A stretch of 64,000 bases of DNA. Origin: Octopus sinensis. Taxonomy: Eukaryota. The translations under genes and the position numbers were made by a program. Location of the stretch: positions 24,180,001 to 24,244,000 of the forward strand of contig NC_042998.1 in NCBI RefSeq assembly GCF_006345805.1, in the 5' to 3' direction. Position 1 is the stretch's first letter. Every line of letters starts with the position of its first letter. The notes under the pieces are model-generated. The model was given only the letters and a program-made list of their open reading frames with translations. It did not search any database and was not told where the DNA came from. Positions 26,201 through 38,537 of this stretch are shown one piece after another.

Positions 26201-27112
26201 TAACCGACTGTGTAAAAGAAGTGTGTACATCATCTGATTTGTAATGGCAATGCACACAAACACAGCTGAAAATGCAGTGACAGGTTATTTATGAAGCATT
26301 GATATGGACATTTCCTCTTGTATTTCCTTCTCTTTGCTTCTTGCATATTTCATTATTTTTTGTTCTAAAACAATCATAATAAAAGGATTGGTAAGTGTTG
26401 TCAGAGCATTTTTATGAGGTTTATTAATGTTGGGAATTTATTCGTGATGTAATGAAGGTATCTCTTCTGAAACCAGAAAAATAACAAAGGAAAGAATGGT
26501 ATAAAGGTAAGAAGGATACAATGATGGTGATGATGATGATGGGTGGGTGTATGTGTGTGTAAGCCATACTTCCATGGCCTAAGAACTTTAAAAGTCCTTT
26601 TCTGTTTCTCTAATCGATGGATCACATGGATTAGTGATTAGGATGTTCAGCTCACAATTGTAAGGTGATACAAACATTTGTTGGGCTTCAGATATTGAAC
26701 CTGCCACGTCTGCCTGTTACTGTTGCTGTTGCTGTCGTCTTCTTCTTCTTCTTCTTCTTCTTCTTTCTCCTCCTCTTATTCTTCCTCCTCCTCCTCCTTC
26801 TTCTTCTTCTTCTTCTTTTTCCCCTCAGGACTCACGCCAGAATGCCTATGGCAACTTGAAGATCCATCCACCAAACGCGATAGATATACAAAAATATATA
26901 TACACACATGTATAAATACTTACAGACTTCCATCCATTCATCCATCAATCCACCCATATGCACATGCATACAGAGATACATACATCCAGCCATCCATATG
27001 CATTCACACATACATACGTAAATGCAAAATGAACACAAAAAGAAGACAACATAGCCAGGACAAGTTTTAAGAAATATTGTATAATGTTTTTATTATTTTG
27101 CTTAGACATTTA

Positions 27113-27590
27113 TTTCTTTATCGCCCACAGGGGGCTAAACATAGAGGGGATAAACAAGGACAGACAAAGGGCTTAAGTCGATTACATCGACCCCAGTGTG
27201 TAGCTAGTACAAATTTAATTGATCAGGTGGCAAGCTGGCAGAATCGTTAAGCATGCCGGGCAAAATGCTTAGTCTGCCGTTACGTTCTGAGTTCAAATTC
27301 CACCGAGGTCGACTTTACCTTTCATCCTTTCGGGGGTCGATAAATTAAGTACCAGTGATGCACTGGGGTCGATGCAATCGACTTAATCCCTTTGTCTGTC
27401 CTTGTTTGTCCCCTCTGTGTTTAGCCCCTTGTAGACAATAAAGAAATAACAAATTTAATCAACCCCAAAAGGATGAAAGGCAAAGTTGACCTCAGTTGAG
27501 TTTGAACTCAGAATGTAACAGCAGATGATATATTGCTTAGCATTTCACCCGACGTGCTAATGATTCTGCCAGTTTGCTGCCCTTCTGATT
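27113..27590. mobile_element. Family C SINE (+) inserted antiparallel into a family C SINE (-)
   Basis: Inner copy ~27220-27448 is flanked by ACAAATTTAAT at 27209-27219 and 27449-27459; the outer copy resumes on both sides. Confidence 0.75.
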
Positions 27591-28726
27591 GTGTGTCAAA
27601 TACCTTAAATACATAGCCACACACCTTCACATATATTAAAAATTGGAATTTGATATTTTGTTTAGACATTGCTAAGACCAATAACCTGCTGGAGGACTCA
27701 ACACATGTAAGCTTCAAAACAAAGTGTTGGCTGAGTATTGAGTGGTAAGAAGAAAAAGGAATAACAAAAGAATAAAGGATTATCTTATGAACATCATTAC
27801 CTCGCAGTTGTTTCTGCTATAAGATGCAGTTGACACATGGTTGAGTGCCTGAATAACACTTTATAGCATAATTCTAAAAGGCACCATAAAATCATAGACT
27901 ACAAAAATTATGTTGATTCAAGATTCAAATTTGGCCAAGACAAAACGTGATAGTCGAGGTTTTATTACTACAATTGGCTCATTCATGGCCTCTGACATTT
28001 GTTATTCATTCAGAATTTCCTGTAAGACAGTACTAGACAGGCCAACAACCAATGTGCATTCAAGCCCAAAAAAAAACAAAGATGAATATATCAATGCATA
28101 GGATGTAAAATTGATTATCTTCTTAAATCAGGTTTTTCTTCAGCTTTCAAAATTTTGATACTGCATTACAAATATTCAATATCAGTTTTATTCATTTAAT
28201 ATTTATAATAATAAAAGAGTTGCTGTAAGTCTTTTTCATAGTCTGCTTCTAACTTTAACAGTTTTAAAAGTTTTCTTGAGAAAATTAGCAATGTGCTCAA
28301 AATTAGAGAATTTTCAAAACAAAAAAATCCCATATAATCAATGATATGCATTAAATTTAAGCTTATACTTTTACTTGTTTCAGTCATTTGACTGTGGCCA
28401 TGATGGAGCACCACTTTTAGTCAAGCAAATCGACACCAGAGCTTATTTTTTGTAAGCCTGGTACTTATTCTATTGGTCACTTTTGCATATATATGCATAT
28501 ATATCAGTATCTATGCATATATATCTCATATATATATATATATATATATTATATAAAAGGGCTTAGTAAAATAAATTACTTTGCCGCATACTGAACTCGT
28601 TAGAAATAGCAGCTAAAGAAACTATTTCTAACACTTAAAGAAAACCTCTCTCATATAGTGTTTGCTCAATTCAACTCAAGAAAGTATGAGGGTAGAGACA
28701 TTAAAAAATCAAATGCAAAGGTTATT

Positions 28727-28779
28727 TGAGTACGTACGTTTCAAGATTAGCCAAAATCGACCCTTCTCTCATCAGCTCA
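28727..28779 (-). ncRNA. Minimal type I hammerhead ribozyme (array unit 1)
   Basis: UGAG-CUGAUGA-GAGA-(18 nt)-UCUU-GAAA-CGUACG-UA-CUCA. Canonical core, stem I UGAG/CUCA, palindromic ACGUACGU stem III, GUA triplet; predicted cut between 28731 and 28730. Confidence 0.8.
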
Positions 28780-29278
28780 GAATGCCCTTGTTTGAATTTG
28801 AAAACACTGAAAATGGGAGCATACCCTTCGGCTTGCTATCGCTTCTTAAGATCTGTTCCAAACTAACAGTGCCAACAAACTCAAATATGCAAGAGAAAAA
28901 TTTCTGCTCTCCCCTTTCCACCAGCGTGGGTTAAAATCAGCAAACACTATGCTTTTTTCGGTAAAATCCGAGACATTTAAGTAGAGAGAGATGAATTATA
29001 ATTTCAACAATTGAGGGTAAAATTAATTAATTAATTAATCAATTTCACCAAGTATTCAGTATGCAAAGGGACCATTTAAGGCAAATTCAAAATTATTACA
29101 TTATATAAAAGGGCTTAGTAAAATAAATTACTTTGCCGCATACTGAACTCGTTAGAAATAGCAGCTAAAGAAACTATTTCTAACACTTAAAGAAAACCTC
29201 TCTCATATAGTGTTTGCTCAATTCAACTCAAGAAAGTATGAGGGTAGAGACATTAAAAAATCAAATGCAAAGGTTATT

Positions 29279-29331
29279 TGAGTACGTACGTTTCAAGATT
29301 AGCCAAAATCGACCCTTCTCTCATCAGCTCA
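29279..29331 (-). ncRNA. Minimal type I hammerhead ribozyme (array unit 2)
   Basis: Identical to 28727-28779, offset by 552 bp; predicted cut between 29283 and 29282. Confidence 0.8.
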
Positions 29332-31292
29332 GAATGCCCTTGTTTGAATTTGAAAACACTGAAAATGGGAGCATACCCTTTCGGCTTGCTATCGCTTCTT
29401 AAGATCTGTTCCAAACTAACAGTGCCAACAAACTCAAATATGCAAGAGAAAAATTTCTGCTCTCCCCTTTCCACCAGCGTGGGTTAAAATCAGCAAACAC
29501 TATGCTTTTTTCGGTAAAATCCGAGACATTTAAGTAGAGAGAGATGAATTATAATTTCAACAATTGAGGGTAAAATTAATTAATTAATTAATCAATTTCA
29601 CCAAGTATTCAGTATGCAAAGGGACCATTTAAGGCAAATTCAAATTATTACATTATATAAAAGGGCTTAGTAAAATAAATTACTTTGCCGCATACTGAAC
29701 TCGTTAGAAATAGCAGCTAAAGAAACTATTTCTAACACTTAAAGAAAACCTCTCTCATATAGTGTTTGCTCAATTCAACTCAATTCAACTCAAGAAAGTA
29801 TGAGGGTAGAGACATTAAAAAATCAAATGCAAAGGTTATTTGAGTACGTACGTTTCAAGATTAGCCAAAATCGACCCTTTTATATAATGTAATAATTTTG
29901 AATTTGCCTTAAATGGTCCCTTTGCATACTGAATACTTGGTGAAATTGATTAATTAATTAATTAATTTTACCCTCAATTGTTGAAATTATATATATATAT
30001 ATATATAGCTATAAATATGATATATACATATATATTCATTCACACACATGCATACACATACACGCACACACACACATACACACATATATATCATCATCAT
30101 CATCGTTTAATGTTCGTCTTCCATGCTAGCATGGGTGAGATATATATATACACACACACACACATACATACATTTATGTATATATTTGTGTGTATATATA
30201 CACACATACATATACATACAAACATATATATATATATATATATACATACATACACACACACACATATACATATGTGTGTGTGTGTGTGTGTGTCTGTATG
30301 TGTGTGTCTGTGTGTATGTATGTGTGTATTCATGTGTGTCCTGATTTTGGAAGAAGTACCCCTGCATGACATAACAGTCAACCTGAAGGGATTGGCATAA
30401 GGAAGGGCATCTGACCATAAAAACAATGCCTCAATAAGTCCTATATCTATCTAGCTTATGCATTATAGAATAACAGACATAAAGACAATCACGACGATAC
30501 AGAACAAGGCTGGAGGGTATATCAGCCGAACGTTGTGTTAACAACAAACAAGATGAGGACAAATATCTGCCGAATGAAAATAATGTAAATAATATAAATA
30601 ATGTAAATAACCACGACGATGATGTCATATATGTACCGAAAGTTTAAAGACTTTTCCATTTGATATGCAATGCACTCTGTAATGTTTTTCAGTTGCAAAT
30701 ATCTTCTGGTTTTCTCTGCAGTCTCTTCATTCTTTCTTCATCATAATTCCATTTTAACTCATATACAGTATCATCTTATGCAGGAATGATATAACACTTT
30801 GATGAATATCTTTTAAGATCTCTGTAATGATGTCAGTTCCAAAAGCTGCCATTTTATAGTTTTTTCCTTCTCCGTCTTTATTCGGTTTTACTCATTGCAT
30901 TCTTATCTTCCCATGACACTCATATAATGTCTATCTCTCCTTAGGCAGTACATAAATAAAAATTAATGATATTCCTTCTTCCTAAAAGAAAATTCTCTTG
31001 ATGTTTAACCATTTCTTAGCTGTTAGCACTTCAAGCAAAACCTTGTCTGTTCTCTCCTCTGCCATTCAACTTGTTCTGTTCAAGGAGTGTTTTCAAGGGT
31101 TTCTGGAAATTTCACTTGTTATTTAGATCAATAAATTAAAGCTACACACCTATATTTTTTTTTGTACTCTTTCTTTTCCTTTTCAGGCCTGAATATCCAT
31201 ATGTTTTATATATCCATATGTATATATCTGTGTGTGTGTGTCTACATGTGTGTATATTTATTGTTACATACATACATACATGCATACATACA

Positions 31293-31387
<95 letters not shown>

Positions 31388-31403
31388 GTGTGTGTATATA
31401 TAT

Positions 31404-31452
<49 letters not shown>

Positions 31453-31521
31453 AGAGTAAACACATAAATGTGAAGCAAGATGGAAAAAAGAGTACTCAAA
31501 TATCAGAGGTAGAGTAATATG

Positions 31522-31619
31522 CTTTATTTAAAAGCAGCAGAAATTCAACAAAAGCTGAAAAGGGAATGTGAAACTCCGAGTAACAGCTTTTGTTGAATTT
31601 CTGCTGCTTTTAAATAAAG
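31522..31619 (+). repeat. Perfect 36-bp inverted repeat enclosing the 3' half of a hammerhead motif
   Basis: Arms 31522-31557 and 31584-31619; the loop contains GGGAAUGU-GAAA-CUCCGAG-UA-ACAG. The element lies in (TA)n. Confidence 0.8.
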
Positions 31620-31755
31620 TATATATATATATATATAGATTCAGATGAATATGGTAATTGAGTTGAGGCACCAGAATTTAGTACAGTATTATCCATACAA
31701 TTTCAAAGTAAGGTGATTTAAATCAAAATAACCAACAAGGATACCCAGAGGTAAT

Positions 31756-31840
31756 GCAGTACAATCGTTTCATGCAACTCCATTTATTTGAACAACGCAA
31801 TCATTACATTAATTTAGAATGTAGAGCAATCTTCAGCTGC
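31756..31840 (-). ncRNA. Type I hammerhead ribozyme with extended stem II
   Basis: GCAG-CUGAAGA-UUGCUC-(43 nt, includes a UACAUU/AAUGUA hairpin)-GAGUUGCAU-GAAA-CGAUUG-UA-CUGC. Stem I GCAG/CUGC; the 10.1/11.1 pair is U-U. Confidence 0.6.
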
Positions 31841-31970
31841 ACAAAGACAGAATTTAATTAAATTAGAACAGATGGACACATTAGTATAATTATACTTAAA
31901 ATCTCCAAGAATAGCCTTAAAGCCAGGAACTTTGCAGCTCCCCTTATGTGTGTGTATATATATATATATA

Positions 31971-32014
<44 letters not shown>

Positions 32015-32015
32015 T

Positions 32016-32066
<51 letters not shown>

Positions 32067-32234
32067 TATATAATATATATATATATATATGAGAGCTAAT
32101 GGTATTCAGAAGACCCAAAGAAGCAGGTAAGGCTATGTAAGGACCATAGTTAAACTCTTGGTTTGATAATAATATAAATGAGGAGTCTAATGCAGGTCTT
32201 ATATGAGCATGTATACATTGTTTCATTTTATTTA

Positions 32235-32297
<63 letters not shown>

Positions 32298-32765
32298 TCT
32301 GTGTACGTGTATGTGTGTATATCTCTTTTACTCTTTTACTTGTTTCAGTCATTTGATTGCGGCCATGCTGGAACACCACCTTTAGTCAAGCAAATTGACC
32401 CCAAGACTTATTCTTTTGTAAGCCAAGTACTTATTCTATCGGTCTCTTTTGCCGAACAGCTAAGTTACAGGGATGTAAACACACCCCCATCAGTTGTCAA
32501 GCGATGTTGGTGCGACAAACACAGACACACAAATATACACATGCACATACATATATATTTATATATACATATATACGACAGGCTTCTTTCAGTTTCTGTC
32601 TACCAAATCCACTCACAAGACTTTGGTTGGCTCGAGGCTATAGTAGAAAACACTTGTCCAAGGTGCCATGCAGTGGGACTGAACCCGGAACCATGTGGTT
32701 GGTAGCACACATACAAACATATATACATTCATATAAATGGATTGTATATAGTCATGTGTGCATAA

Positions 32766-32796
<31 letters not shown>

Positions 32797-34583
32797 CAGA
32801 TAGACAAACAGACAGACAGATAGATAAACACACTGAGAAAGAGAAAGTAAAAAAAAAAACAAAGACCAGAATGGCAAGTTATGTAATTTCAAAAACTCTG
32901 TGAGATTCGTGTATACAAATTTGGCTTTGATTTGGGTTTAGGAAATAAAATAGATAAGAATATTAACTCATACGGCTATTCTGGTAATGCATCAATACCT
33001 ACAAATATTTTACACAGACAAGAACTATCAATGTCTCTGGTTATTTACACTTTATTAATACTAATTGAGCTTGTACTCGTTGCCCTCTGTTTCAAGTACA
33101 GCTTTTCTTCTCCGATGCAACTCGGATATTTTATTACATTTACACCAACCTCTATTTCGAAAACGTATTTCCAAAGAAACAAGCAAGAATATTTCATTGA
33201 TATTGCATAGATTCAATGGCTTAGCAATGTTAAGTGGAAATATGATATTTATAGAAATCAATTAATCTTCTTGTTTGCTCGGCTGGAAGATCTGATTTGA
33301 ACTGGAATGTAAGTTTACTATCTAAATTCTACCTGTGCATTTCATTTTAGATTAAGCTGGAAGTTTCTTGCATTAATTTGCTTGTAATCTGTAATAAATT
33401 GCTAATTTTACTCATACTTATTTTCTCCTGCAATTATTCGGCCAAATTGACTACACATTCAGCTGTGCTTGTACCACTCTCAAATAAGGATTATATTCAC
33501 TGTTTAATTTATAATATTTCATTTCCAATATATGGTTTTAATCCCTTTCATGCAATTATTTCCCGAATTATATTTGAAGTTTTCCTTTTTTTCTTTTTTT
33601 GTTATAGTGTTTCATCCGAAACCTTTAAATGTGGTGTTTGTTGCTTTGTTTTTGTTTTTTTTTTAAATAGGAATTAATTTTTTTGGTTTTATTGAACTTA
33701 ATGCAAAATTCTGAACATTTATTCCCCTGTTGTGATAATCTTGTCAGCATGGGCAACATACATTGCTTGTAGAGAATTGATGAGAAGTTTATGATTAAAA
33801 CCATTAATATAGGAGTGGTAAGAAGTTTGCTTCTGAACCACATGGTTCTGGGTTTAGTCTCACTGCATGGCACTTTAGGCAAGTGTCTTCTACTATAGCC
33901 TCGGGCCGACCAAAGTCTTGCAAGTGGATTTGGTAGATGGAAACTGAAAGAAGCCTGTCGTATGTATATATATGTGTGTGTATGTGTTTGTGTGTCTGTG
34001 TCTGTGTTTGTCTCCCCATCATTGCTTGACAACTGATGTTGGTGTGTTTACATCCCCATAACATAGTGTTTCAGCAAAGGAGACTGATAGAATAAGTACT
34101 AGGCTTACAAAGAATAAGTCCTGGGGTTGAAAAATTTTAAGCCTTGTGCCTATAAGAGAAAGGATTATTATAGACACTATTTAGGTGGTGAGCTGACAGA
34201 ATCATTAGTGCACTGGGTGAAATGCTTAGTGGTATTTCGTCTGCCGCTGTGTTCGGAGTTCAAATTCTGCCGAGGTCAACTCCAGCATGGCTGCAGTCAA
34301 ATGACTGGAACAAATAAAAGAATATATTGCATGTATATATATATATGTACACATATATATTACTCTCTTTTTACTCTTTTACTCTTTTACTTGTTTCAGT
34401 CATTTTGACTGTGGCCATGCTGGAGCACCGCCTTTAGTCGAGCAAATCGACCCCGGGACTTATTCTTTGTAAGCCCAGTGCTTATTCTATCGGTCTCTTT
34501 TGCCGAACCGCTAAGTGACGGGGACGTGAACACACCAGCATCGGTTGTCAAGCAATGCTAGGGGGACAAACACAGACACACAA

Positions 34584-34614
<31 letters not shown>

Positions 34615-34865
34615 CATATATACGACAGGCTTCTTTCAGTTTCCGTCTACCAAATCCACTCACAAGGCATTGGTCGGCCCAGGGCTATAGCAGAAGACAC
34701 TTGCCCAAGATGCCACGCAGTGGGACTGAACCCAGAACCATGTTGTTGGTTAGCAAGCTACTTACCACACAGCCACTCCTGCGCCTATTAAAGTAACTTT
34801 TTTTTTAATAATTTACTGCTCAATACTTTAGAGTGTTCTTATTCAGATATGTGATACATTGAATG

Positions 34866-34897
<32 letters not shown>

Positions 34898-35150
34898 TAC
34901 ATGTATACATATATACATACACACACACATATATATATATATACATACATATATACATACACACATATATAAATATGTATATATATATATATATATATAA
35001 GGGTATATAAAGTATTTTCATACACAAAGGGGAGACCATTGACAGGACTCCTTACATGCTAAAAAGGCCAGTTAAAACCCAAACCTTAAACATGAGAATT
35101 CATGAGGCCCGTCGATATATCACTAGAATGAACAAATATTGAATTAGTTA

Positions 35151-35220
35151 ATCCTGGACTCAAGTTTCACTATTAATTGTCAAATACACTAATTTGGAAT
35201 CTGTAGCTCATCAGTAGAAT
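35151..35220 (-). ncRNA. Minimal type I hammerhead ribozyme
   Basis: AUUCUA-CUGAUGA-GCUA-(31 nt)-UAGU-GAAA-CUUGAG-UC-CAGGAU. Canonical core and GUC triplet; stem III is one transition from the CUCGAG palindrome. Confidence 0.65.
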
Positions 35221-35670
35221 TGCTAATTAATGAATAATTATGTAGTTGCAAATACGTACCGAAAACACATGTGCAAGACAGCTACATCTTTATCCATTTA
35301 AGGAATTTCGAACTGAGTGTGCAAATGTAAATATATAGTCCAGCAGCAAATAAAGAAATTTAAAACTGTGTCCAATATAGCCTCAGAATTAGATATCACT
35401 ATCGTAAATATAAGGGTAAGAAATTAAAATAATTTATTACACTCTTATATTTTTAAAAATATGTTATGTCATATGACTTTTATTTATGCATGCTAACCAC
35501 TAGTAATAAATTATGTTAATTTATTACCCTCATATTTTCGATAGTATATATATATACATATACATATATATAGTTAATCCAAACAAGAAAGCACAAAAAA
35601 ACACAACAACGCGAGGACGTGGAACAAATATAGTGTTATTGGACGCTCAGGAAAGAAGGAAAGAAGGAGG

Positions 35671-35705
35671 GTTTAACGTTTTGAGCAGACCTCTTCGTCG
35701 GAAAC
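35671..35705 (-). ncRNA. Degenerate minimal hammerhead in a (TA)n-embedded element (~35572-35775)
   Basis: GUUU-CCGACGA-A-GAGG-UCU-GCUC-AAAA-CG-UU-AAAC; U4 and G12 are altered. Confidence 0.45.
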
Positions 35706-38537
35706 ATAGGAGAAGGAAAGATCCAGAGAAGGGAAGACAGAGGAAAGAAAATCGCCAATGGTACACACGAGGTCATATATATATACACATATATATATAT
35801 ACACATATATATATATACACATATATATATATAAACATATATATATATATATGCATGATGGGCTTCTTTCAGGTTTCATCTACTAAATTCATTCACAAGG
35901 CATTGATTATCCTGAGGCTATGGTAGAAGACACTTGCCCAAGGTGCTATGTCGTGGGATTGAACCCAGAACAATGTGGTCGGGAAGCAAGCTTCTTATCA
36001 CACAGCTATGCTTGCTCCTATTGTATCAAATCTCAAAAAGTTAAGTCAACCAGAGAGTGTCGGTCTACCAAATTCCACTTGCAAATCTGTGGTTCACCTA
36101 AGACTATGGAAGAAAGCACTGTACAATGGGTTCAAAACCCAGAACTTCATCATTGCATAGTGAAATTCTTAAACAAACAGCTATGACAGTGTAGATTGTT
36201 ATTGGAAACATCTGTAATTTCACTGTTGGTTTCCATCAACAGATTATTATCAGATGAGAAAGATAATTCTTTAAAAGTGTGAGACAGCACTGCAGGGTAG
36301 TTGGTTAAAATAATAATGGTCTCCATTTTGCCAAGAATTCAAATAAAAGCTTCTGCTTTCTTAGTAAAGAAATATTTTCGACATAATTGTTTACAGTCAC
36401 TCAATACCAGATGTTTTATACCTTTAACAAGTTAATAAAGGAGTTTTCATTGTCAAAATTTTTTCATGTATTCATTAGTAATTCATACCAATACATATAT
36501 ATTTGTAAGCAAGTCTTTAGAGTTTTCATTTATTTATTTATGTTCCTGCTGTCCGTTCCTGTTTTTTCAGTATTTTCAATATTGCATCACATTTAAGAGT
36601 AAATTTTATCAAGATAAAAGTTTTCAGAATCTTAATGAAAAAAGGTGCCATCACCTACGAGTGGTTCTAATTCTGTAGTACAAACCTTCAAGTTTTAGAG
36701 TGTTTATATTTAAATTAAGTTAAGGTTTGTGGCCCAGTGGTTAGGGGCATTTAGCTAATGATGGTAAGATTGTGAGTTTGATCCTTGGTGGTGCATTGTA
36801 TCCTTGAGCAAGACACTTTATTTCACGTTACTCTAGTCCACTCATCTGGCAAAAATGAGTAGTACCTGTATTTTGAAGGGCCACTCTTGTCACATCCTGT
36901 GTCATGCTGAATCTCCCTGAGAACTATGTTAAGGTTACATGCGTTTGTGGGGTGCTCAATCACTTGTGTGTTAATTTCATGAGCAGGCTGTTCCATTGAT
37001 TAAATCAACTGGAACCCTTATTGTTATAACCGACAGAATGTCAGTTATATTTAAATTAAAATCACCTGCCATAATTTTGTATAAGAACGTTTTAATACCT
37101 GTTTCAGGTCAGGTGTGGGGCATGCACCATTGCAGTGCATTACTGCATTCACTATTTGTTGCTTAACCTAGGTGACCAAGTCAGTAGTGGGGGAGGGTGC
37201 GCTGAAAGTGTAGCTGTTAGAATAAGGATAGCTTGGGCAAAGTTCAGAGAGCTCTTACCTCTTACCGCCTGACTGGCCCTTGTGCCAGTGGCACGTAAAA
37301 GCACCCGCTACACTCTTGGAGTAGTTGGCGTTAGGAAGGGCATCCAGCTGTAGAAACTCTGCCAGATCAGATTGGAGACTGGTGCAGCCATCTGGTTTGC
37401 CAGTCCTAAGTCAAATCATCCAACCCATGCTAGCATGGAAAGTGGACGTTAAATGATGATGATTCCTGGGCCCTCTTGGGCGACCAATTAAGCAGAGTTA
37501 CAGTCAGTCTCTATCTCTGGGAGATACTTCTTCATCTGCCATGATCATGTGACAAGTGGTTCTTCAACAATAGCTGTCAACCCAGCCAGATCCTTAGTGA
37601 AGCAGGGTCTAACTCAGAAAATTTAGCAACATGGCCAAATAGTCTGAGCTAGCACTTGTTAATCATACAAGTAGCCAGTTTCTGAATAGAGTCATTGGTT
37701 GGATATGAAATCCTACCAATGGTAACCCAAAATTCTGTGAAGTATCCTGATATTAAGGGGTTCACACAGCTCCTAAGGGCCCTGAGTGTCCAAGCCTCTC
37801 AACTATAGCGCAAAACAGGTAGGACCTGAGACATATAGCCCCTGACCTTTGTCCTCCTATGCAGATATTTGCTGAGCTTCTAAGTTATGGAGATACAAAC
37901 AAACCATGATTAAGCTGATCTATGACCATTTATTGTGTTGTGTCAGTGGTGCCTAGAAGAATTTTTCATAAATAGCAGGGTATATTTTTGAAGAACATTA
38001 GGCTGCTATTTCTAGTAGGTCGATTAACAATGCTCATGAAGAGCAGCAAAATATATACACACTTCCTTCAAGACTTAATTTTTCACAACTATCTAACTCA
38101 TGTTCTTGTCAAAGAAAACTGAAAAATCTATAGATTCTGAAAAAGAGAAAAACCCAAGTAATTTAAACCAAGTTGTGATGCTAAACTATTACGCAAAGAA
38201 TGATGACAAATGATAGATTTTTCTCGAATAATAAATAAAAAAAACCCACTTGTTTTTTATTGAAATGGTTTTTGTGTTATAAAATACAGAAATTTTTCAA
38301 ACTATTACATCCAATATGCTATTTAAAGTTTATATTGTGGAAGATGAATATTAGCTTTTTAAGAACCGACAAAACCTATTAAATTCATTTTCCTTTATTT
38401 CTAAATAAAATAGTCTATCATGAAATGTCAAAATATTTTACCACACTTCTTCAACCTTTATCACTGACACTAAATCTATTGAAAACCCGTTTCTGGTAAG
38501 TTTTTATAAACCTCCACTCTATTTCCCCTTCTTTTAA

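Larger units (their letters stand above)
28549..29991 (-). mobile_element. Tandem array of a 552-bp hammerhead-bearing unit (2 full + 1 partial) with a terminal inverted fragment; Penelope-pLTR/retrozyme-like
   Basis: Units 28549-29100, 29101-29652 and 29653-29879 (partial, with a 10-bp internal duplication). 29875-29991 is the reverse complement of 28997-29113. (TA)n on both sides. Confidence 0.9.

Noticed and set aside
26820-26885. Polypyrimidine+CAG on plus and GC|GTGAGT on minus beside the (TTC)n tract
   Set aside because: The pyrimidine tract is a microsatellite; no matching partner splice site or meaningful peptide.
27790-28030. Minus-strand acceptor (cttacag) and donor (gag|gtaatg) pair
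   Set aside because: All three frames hit stops within the first codons; at most a non-coding exon.
28662-28934. 90-aa plus-strand ORF repeated in the 552-bp unit, and the 66-aa minus ORF at 29274-29474
   Set aside because: No recognisable RT or GIY-YIG motif; the plus ORF starts at TTG and is truncated in unit 2 by a 1-bp insertion.
30640-31120. Possible very old RT fragment on minus (TDIITEILK ... GKVF)
   Set aside because: Only isolated motif-like words across many stops and frameshifts.
32890-33314. ~107-codon frame with a hydrophobic stretch, followed by a possible AG...GTAAGT mini-exon
   Set aside because: No ATG start or recognisable family; the candidate exon contains a stop; cannot be supported without RNA data.
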